Source: Paraspadella gotoi
Lineage: Eukaryota; Animalia; Chaetognatha
Reading direction: 5' to 3'
DNA: 6,947 nt
NCBI GenBank assembly: GCA_051294375.1
Contig: JBJCIZ010000935.1
Span: 1-6,947, forward strand
How positions within the stretch are numbered: the first letter of the stretch is position 1; the number at the start of each line of letters is the position of its first letter. The notes under the pieces were generated by a model. It was given only the letters and a program-made list of their open reading frames with translations. It did not search any database and was not told where the DNA came from. Shown one piece after another: positions 1 to 6,947 of the stretch. The position numbers and the translations under genes were made by a program.

Positions 1-137
1 AAGAGAGATACAGGTGTCCTTGAGCCTTTTAATCTAATTTAAAAGGTAATTTTCTCGCCTGGCTGAAGCGAAATACAAATTGAATTCGAACAGGAATGAA
101 AGTCAGGAGATGGAAGATTGAAGACAGGTGGGCGAGC

Positions 138-154
138 GAGAGAGAGAGAGAGTG

Positions 155-222
<68 letters not shown>

Positions 223-239
223 AAGAGAGAGAGACAGAG
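138..239 (+). repeat. Interrupted (GA)n microsatellite
   Basis: About 100 bp of gagaga... with a few interruptions. Confidence 0.97.
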
Positions 240-341
240 CCAGGGATGGTGAAATTGAAAATTGAAAAATGCAACTTTTCCTTGGGAATCCGCATGAATC
301 GAGCTGACAGACCGGTTGAGAAGCTCGCTCCGCATACATCG

Positions 342-453
342 TCTCCTTTCCTTCATTTCCATTATGCCTTTCCTCATTCTCCTTATCCTCTCCAGTCTTC
401 CTCCCTTTCCTCTTCTTCCCCCTCCTCCTTCCTCTCCTTCCTCCCTCCTCCCT
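342..453 (+). repeat. CT-rich low-complexity polypyrimidine tract
   Basis: tctcctttccttc...cctccctcctccct; purely pyrimidine from about 396 to 453. Confidence 0.85.
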
Positions 454-541
454 GAAAATTCATCTTGAAATACTTTTCATCGATTACCTGAAATGTTACA
501 AAAGAATTTGCATTGGGATTCGTTTCTTCGGACCGCGATCG

Positions 542-572
542 GTCGTCGTCGTCATTGTCGTCGTCGTTCGTC
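542..572 (+). repeat. Short imperfect (GTC)n repeat
   Basis: gtcgtcgtcgtcattgtcgtcgtcgttcgtc; a complementary (GAC)4 lies near 1788-1800. Confidence 0.75.
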
Positions 573-692
573 ACCCCCGCTGTTTCTCATTTGCACAATT
601 GCGCAAACAGTGGTTCGTTTTGTCCGGGTTTGTCCGCAGATGTGCTTAATCGGCGCTCGGATTAAAAGTTGAAAGAGGGAATTTCTCGGGAT

Positions 693-945
693 CTTTTTTT
701 CTGTTTTAATTTCTTGCAAAAAAAAAAAAAAATATAGTAAAGTGTTATTGCAAAGAAGAAAATCATACACATTAATTTACAATAAAGTCTTTGCGAATTA
801 AATCCGTACGGTTTTTTTTTCAATATTTTTTTTCGTTTTTTTTTATTGCCCTGTAAAAATCCGTTGGTTTTCGTAATTAATCTTCTTTAATTCAAGCTTT
901 TTTTAAAGAAAATTGTCGACTTTCGGAAAACTGATCTAATTTTTT
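693..945. repeat. AT-rich low-complexity region with A15 (718-732) and several T runs
   Basis: Homopolymer runs directly visible in the sequence. Confidence 0.75.
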
Positions 946-1967
946 CCCTCTACCTTCGACTATCTGCCTCTCTTTTCTCAAACCGATTGAACGCCCCCTA
1001 TGATATGTCTCTTCCGCGCAACCTTTCCTCTTCCAGTCGAGACATTAGGATCGATAAATTAGCCTCGGTCGCGAAAAGTCAGAAAATTCTCGCCAAGACT
1101 TCTTGCCGTGAGCCCCTACGCTCACGCCTCCACGTCCACCCTCTACCTCATCCCCCCCCAACCTCTCCTCGACGCCGTCGCGTCCGAGATGCTTATAACA
1201 GTTTCCACGAGCTCCCGCCAGTTCGGAGCGGTTCTCGTTTTTCCTTGGGAACATATCTTCCATTCCATCACCTTTTATACTTGGCGGAAGAAAAGAAAGA
1301 ATCGTTCGGACGAAACGAACGAACGATAATTGGATAAAAATACGGCGAAGATGTCACCCTCATAAAAGAACGAGAATTATTTGATTAATGAATAAAAGAA
1401 GAGCAACGGATAGCCAAAGCGTGAATTGAATCAAGCATTTTAATCTCGCGTACCGATAAAACCTAAATATACTTGTAGATTGAACCGCTAGAACACTGTA
1501 TGTTTTTTATGTTTGGTGTACTAAATTGCACTTTCAATAATGGGAGTTATTAGAGTTACAGCTTTAAACTACAACTCTCTCTCAGAAACCCATCAATCTA
1601 ATTTTAAAGTACTCGTAATGACAACGCTATTTCTGTCTGCTATTACTACAGTTTTATATCACCAAGCTATAAATTGATTAGGGCGAAGCGAGAAGCAGAA
1701 AGAAAAAAGAGACTCGATGACTACGAAATATGATGAAGAGGATGAATCAAGCCGGGTGATGTAAAATACTACCAGGACAATGAATAAGACGACGACGACG
1801 TTAACAGACCTGAAAATCGGTTGCACGAGGACAGGCGGCGAGGACAACAAACAACAGACGCACGACAACACGACGAAATCGCTATCATCCGTAGGTCGTT
1901 ACGTTTTTTGCCGACGGACTGATAGCCCTGCCGCCAGCCTGCCCATAGCTGTACGCGCATTTTTCGC

Positions 1968-2020
1968 AGAAAGAGAAGATACAGAGAGAGAGAGAGAGAG
2001 AGAGAGATTAGAGATAGAGA

Positions 2021-2064
<44 letters not shown>

Positions 2065-2115
2065 AGAGAGATATCGAGATGAGAAGAGAGAAAGAGAGAG
2101 AGAGAGAAGAGAGAG
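1968..2115 (+). repeat. Interrupted (GA)n microsatellite
   Basis: About 150 bp of GA repeats with short interruptions (gatta, gacga, gatatc). Confidence 0.97.
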
Positions 2116-3420
2116 CAGTGATAAGCCGCGAGAAGAGTGATTCTCTTCTTTCCCCAACGAGAGAAAACGACGAAAGACACGGGTCCGATAAGCGAGTGAA
2201 GACGAACAACCAACAAAAGACGAAGAAGAAGATATTAACTGTTCTATCGCCTGACTCCCTGCCTCCTCTTGCCCCTCCTTCCTCCACCTCCTCCTCATAT
2301 TTTCTGCCGGCCCCACGTCGCCTCCGCCTAGACGGCCGCCCTCGGCCACGACGAACGCCGCTGGAAAAGCACTCGTTGTTTTTCGCCGTGACCTCGACCT
2401 TCGAGACGGCCGCGTTGGCCTAGCAACCTCCGAGCATGCGCCTTCGAGACCCGGAACGCAACCGCCTACAAAAACTCCCTCCTGCTCCTCCTCTTTCTTC
2501 TTCTCCTCCTTAGGAAAACTCCGACATAACAACTCAGTTCTCGACGTCTGGGTTTCAGACAAGACTCATTCCTTGGAGACACACCACGTCATCTACGGCC
2601 ACACTTTTGCTTCTCTCTTAGCAGAAACTTCACCGTATGAGAACGGTGACTATATTAAAAACCTACTGCGTCGATCACAGCGGAGAATCATGTCTTTTCT
2701 ATTCTCCCCCTCTCTTACTTCTTTCTCTCTTGCCCTTTTCTTCTCTTCGATTCTCCGCCCTGCTTACCCGCGACCCAAACCTTGAATTTTAAATCCAACG
2801 CGAGAAACAACGATAACCACAAAACCGTCTCCTGCACCTCTCCTCCTCCAATCTCCTCCTGCCCTTGGCGCCTTACCTCCGCCCGTAAGCTCCCCCCCCA
2901 CTTACCCTTTGCAATGCCATATCTTTTTTCCCCGCCAAACGTCTCCCTCACGATTTCTTTTTATGACGAAAGTTCCTGTAGTCGTCGATAAAAAAGGTTC
3001 GTTGTGGCTGAGATGTGATCTCCTTCCTTTTACTTCCGTATTCGTCTGCTTGCGCCGCGTTTTCGTCCATTTCGCCGTCCTTCGTCCGTTCCTTGCCAGT
3101 CCGACGCCGGTCGAAGGGCCGCCAAAGATAACTTTCAAAAGAACCGGCATTGTCCTTCGAAGCCTTTCCCACCTCTCAATCACCCACAGGTCAGCCCGTG
3201 AAATTTTTCTCTTCCAAAATCGTGTCATTTCCGCCATTTTGTTGCTGATACAAACATACCTTAGCGTAACCAAACTGCGATGAATGAAAGATTCAAAAGA
3301 TGACACGGGGCCCCCCAAAATTTTTAAGGAAAAGCAATAACAAATTTCGCAGCTTCTGCGAAGTTTTCAGGTCTAACCATTTTGAATGTCGGGTAGAGGT
3401 CTCTTTAAAATGAAATGGAA

Positions 3421-3915
3421 CCGATGTAGCTGCTGCCTAAGTTCCGATTGAGTTAGCTAGTTGGCGCCACAGTTCTGACGTGAACTGTGCTCCTCTGTCA
3501 GTCGTTACCGTGGCTGGCACTCCAAAACGGGCTACCCAGTTTTGTAAGAAGGCTGCTGTGACGGTGGATGCACTTGTGTCCCGGATTGGGATGGCCTCTG
3601 GCCATCGAGTGAATCTGTCAACGCATGTAAGTAAGTGTGAGTGACCAGATGAGAGTGGTAGTGGTCCACAATGTCTACATGTACGTGTTCAAAGCGTCTT
3701 TCCACTTGAGCAAATTCTTGTGGAGGGCGCGTTGATATGTTGGTGAATTTTGGAGCGCTGACATGCTGGACAGGTCCGAGTCCATTCCGTTATGCACGAG
3801 TTGATTGATGGCCACGTAAACGACTTGTTATGAGTTTTTTGGTCGCGCGGACGCCAGGATGAGAGAGGCCATGAATTGTTTCGAAGACACGCCGGCGCCA
3901 CTTTTCAGGGACCAG
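3421..3915 (-). other. Integrase: HHCC zinc-binding domain and partial catalytic core (two Asp, Glu missing)
   Basis: IHGLSHPGVRAT...WTRTCPACQRSK, then after indel correction RFEHVHVDIVGPLP..HLLTCVDRFTRWPEAIP..WVARFGVPATVTTDRGAQFTSELW. The expected HPQxNGxxER segment is absent. Confidence 0.92.
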
Positions 3916-4131
3916 TGGGCGAGCCGGCCCGCTGCTGACGTCGCAAAGGATTTCGACGCCGTCGACCTGAACTTTTTGAAGGCGGAGGCTCGTGTGGACG
4001 TCCGCGAGGAGGCGTTGTACGTCGGGATCAGAAGACTGGTCGTGTGCCATTTCTGAGAAGTCGATTCCTGTTGGGCTTACCGCATTGATAGTAGCTCGGA
4101 GGGTGGGAGTTGCTGCTGGAGGGAGTTCCAC

Positions 4132-4500
4132 ACGGGAGAGGGCGTCTGCAACAGAGTTGGCCTTTCCTTCGATATATTGAATGTCGGTTGTATATTCTGA
4201 GATGGCTGCTAGCTGGTATGCCTGACGCATAGTGTGGGGTTCTGACTTTTTTCGTATTGCAGGGACCAAGCTGTTGTGATCTGAAAAAAGTGTGAATGGT
4301 CGGCCTCAATGAATGGTCGGAAATGTCGGACAGCACGGAATGCCGCAAGCAACTCGCGGTCGAATGGTGGCCACTTTCGTTGATTTTGTTGAAGTGGAGC
4401 AGAGAAAAATCCGAGGGGCATCCATTTGCCCTCGACCGCCTGTTCGAGGACGCCGCCGATGGCTGAGAGAGAGGCGTCGACTGTGAGGGCCAGCTGAGCA
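4132..4500 (-). other. RNase H domain (Ty3/Gypsy type)
   Basis: LTVDASLSAIGGVLEQ (VDAS 4470-4481), PLGFFS, FDRELLAAF, F-SDH (after the indel at about 4304), IEGKANSVADALSR (ends 4132). Confidence 0.92.
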
Positions 4501-4779
4501 TCTTCACGGGGATGTACCAGCATAAGTTGGCAGAGGCAAGAGCTTGTTTGGCTGCTGTGAATGCTCCATCGCACTCAGTGTTCCAATTGAGGCGTTGAGG
4601 TTTGCCGCGAAGTGCCTGGTAGAGTGGTTCCAGCTTGTGTGCAGCATGGGGGATAAAACGGCGGTAGTAGTTGAGGACTCCCAGAAATCTTTGCAGGTCT
4701 TTGACTGACGTGGGTGTAGGAAAACGGGCAATGTCGTTGACGCGGCTTGGAAGAGGAGTGACGCCATTGGCGTCAACCT

Positions 4780-5330
4780 GATAGCCGAGAATTCGAGTGA
4801 AGGCGCGCCAAAAAGTACATTTGGATCGGTTTGAATGATCAGGCCGTTGGATTCGAGGGCGTCAAAGACGCGAGTCAGATCTTGGATGTGTTCGTCAATG
4901 GATGTGGATGCGATGAGGATATCGTCCAAGTATACAAATACATGGGGAATTCCGGAAAGGATGGCATCCATCATCCTCTGAAAGTCCTGAGCAGCGTTCT
5001 TTAAGCCAAATGGGGTTCTCAGGTACTCCCAAAGTCCGAATGGAGTTATTACTGCCGTTTTAGGAATATCTGCCTCGTTGATGGGGATTTGGTGGTATCC
5101 TTTATAGAGATCCACTTTCGAGAATATTGTCTTGCCCGCTATTTCTGCGTTGAAGTCGGAGATATGTCGAATTGGATAACGGTCATCCTTTGTTGCAGCA
5201 TTTAGGCGGCGATAGTCGCCGCAGGGTCGGAGGCTCCCGTCTGTTTTTGTTACTACATGTAACGGCGAAGCCCATGGGCTTCGGCTTTTCCTGACGATGC
5301 CGAGTTTTTCCAGTTTTTCAAACTCCGCTT
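4780..5330 (-). other. Reverse transcriptase domain
   Basis: YLDD at 4921-4932, with SPWASP, CGDYRRLN, DLYKGYHQI, TPFGLWEYLRTPFGLKNAAQDFQRMMD. Boundaries approximate. Confidence 0.97.
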
Positions 5331-5589
5331 TGGCGGCGATTAGTTTGTCTGGGGATAGACGGCGGGCTCGGGCAAATACGGGTGGACCTTCGGTAAGGAT
5401 GTGATGTTTTATGCCATGACGGGGCTGGGCAGGATCGAACGATGGTGTTGTGAGAGATGGGCGAGAGTCGAGAAGCTGGGTGAACACGTTATGAACGGTG
5501 TTCACTCTGAATGAGCGGGCGAGTTTGGCTNNNNNNNNNNCAGTGGTAAAGTCCTCACAATCGACGAGGATTTCGAGTTTTGGAAAAGG

Positions 5590-5860
5590 TGCGAGATTAT
5601 GTGCCATTAGGAAATCATTTCCTAGAATGGGGGATGCAACGTCCGCGATGGTGACTTCCCACTTGAATGTGCGTTGGCCGAGGCATATAGTCATGGGGCG
5701 TGTGCCGTACGAAGGTATTTGTGTGCCGTTGGCTGCGTGGAGTGGGTTAGTGGTTGGGCCGGCGCGTCGTTCTGAGTCGTTTGGGGTGATGAGAGAGACG
5801 GATGCGCCAGTGTCGACCAACCACGTGAGGTCGTTGTTGTGATCGCGGACATGGAGCAGG
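5590..5860 (-). other. Retropepsin aspartic protease domain
   Basis: WLVDTGASVSLI (DTG at 5806-5814), LHAANGTQIPSYG flap region and ILGNDFL. Boundaries approximate. Confidence 0.92.
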
Positions 5861-5885
5861 GTTTCGACTGCGCCNNNNNNNNNNC

Positions 5886-6947
5886 TCACTTCCGGCCGCC
5901 GGCCCGGCCATTTCCCAGGATGCAAGGGACGCCAGGGCGGACTTCTCGGCAGTTTCGAGCCCTTTTCCCGTATTCGACATGGTACCAACATGTGTCGCCA
6001 TCCATGTCGGTCGCAGCTGACGTGAATTTAGTAGTGGGAGGGCGTGGCTTTTGTNNNNNNNNNNCCACTCGCTTCCAGGGTTGATCCCTGTTACCTATGG
6101 CGCAAATTTCGGCGTAGGTGCGGCATTGGTCGTCTGCCTCATCTTCTTCGGCATCGTCGCTGATGCAGGCATTGATGGTGCTGCTGTTTGTTGCTGCTTT
6201 TGCAAGGAGGTTGCCGGATCGGTCGTAGAAGCAGTCGGCTGCTTTTGCTGCATCATCGAGGGAGTTGGCGTCNNNNNNNNNNATGCTCTGAACGTGGGCG
6301 GGGAGGGCATTCGCGAGCATCTCCTTGAATATTTGTTCAGGTTTGATGCCTTCAAAGGTGGCGCGAATTATGGTCGCAAGCTGGGACGGCGTCCTTCCGC
6401 CCAGTGCCATTGGTTTTAACATCCTGGCGGCGCGCTGTCGCGGTTTTTCATCGAAGAGATTAATCAACCTTTGAAAAACTTGATTGTAAGAGGGAGAGCG
6501 GCCTGGGCCGAAAAAATCTTGAAGGAGCAGTTGGTGTTCCGAGGGAATCGCCGCAAAGACGTGGCTTGCGCGCGTGGCGTCGTCGACGACATCGGCGACA
6601 ACAAAAGAAGATTCGACGCCTGCTAACCAAAGTCTAATGTTTGCCGAGTCAAATGCTGGTAGTCTTGGTGAGCGAGGGCGAGGGGGAGGTGGCGGGGGAA
6701 TGGTGAACGGAGGGATTGGGTTGACGTGGTTGGTGGCCGGCGCTTCCGGTGGCAGGAAAGCTGAGTCTGATTCCGATGCTGAGATGGCAGAACCGTTGTT
6801 TCGTCTCCGGAGATTCGGGCGATTGGCGCCGGACGTCAAGTACGGCGGATTTAGGAGACCGGTGGTCGCCATTGCATTAGTTGTGAGTGTAGCTGTCGGC
6901 GCGGTTAGCGCGCCTGTTGTGGGAGCCGGCGTCGCCGCTGGATTGTT
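5886..6947 (-). CDS. gag: Gag polyprotein (5'-partial; first in-window ATG at 6872)
   Basis: 328-aa ORF from ATG 6872 to TGA 5886-5888. The frame stays open for 25 more codons to the window edge (NNPAATPAPTTGALTAPTATLTTNA). It contains a capsid-like N-terminal motif RLPAF...IRLWLAGVESSF, then LGGRTPSQL, LPAHVQ, and a C-terminal CWYH-x9-C-x8-C. Confidence 0.9.
   Translation of the reverse strand, partial: NNPAATPAPTTGALTAPTATLTTNAMATTGLLNPPYLTSGANRPNLRRRNNGSAISASESDSAFLPPEAPATNHVNPIPPFTIPPPPPPRPRSPRLPAFDSANIRLWLAGVESSFVVADVVDDATRASHVFAAIPSEHQLLLQDFFGPGRSPSYNQVFQRLINLFDEKPRQRAARMLKPMALGGRTPSQLATIIRATFEGIKPEQIFKEMLANALPAHVQSXXXXDANSLDDAAKAADCFYDRSGNLLAKAATNSSTINACISDDAEEDEADDQCRTYAEICAIGNRDQPWKRVXXXXQKPRPPTTKFTSAATDMDGDTCWYHVEYGKRARNCREVRPGVPCILGNGRAGGRK
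5910..5916 (-). promoter_or_regulatory. Putative -1 programmed ribosomal frameshift slippery heptamer G GGA AAT
   Basis: The minus strand reads CTG GGA AAT GGC in the gag frame (L-G-N-G) and GGG AAA TGG in the pol frame (G-K-W). This is an X XXY YYZ heptamer correctly phased, 7 codons before the gag stop and followed by GC-rich sequence. Confidence 0.8.

Larger units (their letters stand above)
3421..5916 (-). pseudogene. pol: Pol polyprotein (PR-RT-RNaseH-IN), frameshifted and 3'-truncated as assembled
   Basis: Pieces lie in ORFs 4504..5991, 4209..4574, 3790..4269 and 3689..3901 plus unlisted frames. They can be joined into a continuous Pol by correcting single-base indels near 4835, 4831, 4812, 4789, 4527, 4524, 4304, 3819, 3726 and 3666. 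The likely true start is the -1 frameshift at 5910-5916, not the track's codon at 5991. Confidence 0.9.
5531..6282. other. Four 10-nt N blocks (5531-5540, 5875-5884, 6055-6064, 6273-6282)
   Basis: Directly visible; all lie inside gag/pol. Confidence 0.99.
3421..6947 (-). mobile_element. Ty3/Gypsy (Metaviridae) LTR retrotransposon internal region, CsRn1-like lineage; 5' end outside window, 3' end truncated within integrase
   Basis: The minus-strand translation gives gag (CHCC motif), protease LVDTGASVS, RT (SPWASPLHVV, LRPCGDYRRLN, FSKVDLYKGYHQIP, PFGLKNA, YLDD), RNase H (VDAS, DRELLA, ADALSR) and integrase (HGLSHPG...CPAC, HVD, VDRFTRW, TDRGAQF). PR-RT-RH-IN order is diagnostic of Ty3/Gypsy rather than Copia. 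The lineage call is inferred from motifs, not from a phylogeny. Confidence 0.96.

Noticed and set aside
29-574. Several ORFs with SLSLSL or Glu/Arg/Ser-rich runs
   Set aside because: They are translations of (GA)n/CT tracts, which lack stop codons.
1659-2423. Overlapping ORFs with ERERER/SLSLSL runs or hydrophobic 'TM-like' stretches
   Set aside because: Microsatellite and low-complexity artefacts with no recognisable domain.
2715-3318. Five overlapping 69-138 aa ORFs on both strands as a possible env or accessory gene
   Set aside because: No signal peptide/furin/TM architecture or homology is recognisable. They lie beyond a break inside integrase, so they are not demonstrably part of the element.
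1-3420. 3' LTR, PPT or target-site duplication
   Set aside because: No TG...CA-bounded unit could be verified without the 5' LTR, and the purine tracts are ordinary low-complexity sequence.
3383-4187. 11-bp match TTGAATGTCGG in the flank (about 3383) and in RNase H (about 4177)
   Set aside because: Too short and not at the junction; consistent with chance.
5917-5991. Track's pol start at 5991 (MLVPCRI...)
   Set aside because: Non-ATG start overlapping the Gag knuckle; the -1 frameshift at 5910-5916 explains Pol expression better.
3859-6419. Antisense and alternate-frame ORFs inside gag/pol (e.g. 5498..5842+, 6051..6419+, 4028..4507-)
   Set aside because: Shadow ORFs expected in GC-rich coding sequence; no independent motifs.
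6676-6720. G-run cluster (possible G-quadruplex) on the + strand
   Set aside because: Explained by the polyproline codons of Gag, and one loop is 13 nt.
6750-6930. Viral late-domain-like motifs (NPPY, PEAP, LTAP) and a 6-bp GC hairpin at 6898-6914
   Set aside because: None matches canonical PPxY or P(S/T)AP, and the short hairpin is expected by chance in GC-rich DNA.
1-6947. CRISPR array, rRNA/tRNA, prokaryotic defence or retron system
   Set aside because: No repeat-spacer structure or RNA gene signature; the RT sits in a eukaryotic PR-RT-RH-IN polyprotein.

Overview
Eukaryotic genomic DNA in two halves. The right half (about 3421-6947, minus strand) is the internal region of a Ty3/Gypsy LTR retrotransposon with domain order gag-PR-RT-RNaseH-IN. 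It resembles the CsRn1-like lineage, with a CWYH-type CHCC nucleocapsid motif and a G GGA AAT -1 frameshift site at the gag/pol overlap. Gag is open to the window edge. The 3' half of pol is broken by about ten single-base indels, almost all of which lengthen or shorten a short homopolymer run. The integrase stops after the second catalytic Asp, with no catalytic Glu, PPT or 3' LTR visible. Four 10-nt N blocks all preserve the reading frame. The left half (1-3420) is low-complexity, intron/intergenic-like host DNA with two long (GA)n tracts, pyrimidine tracts, short GAC/GTC repeats and A/T runs, and no recognisable host gene. I see no convincing novel system. The most notable points are the unusual features of this element: an expanded Gag Zn-knuckle, a long Pro/Thr/Ala Gag N-terminus, variant RNase H motifs and an odd truncation junction.
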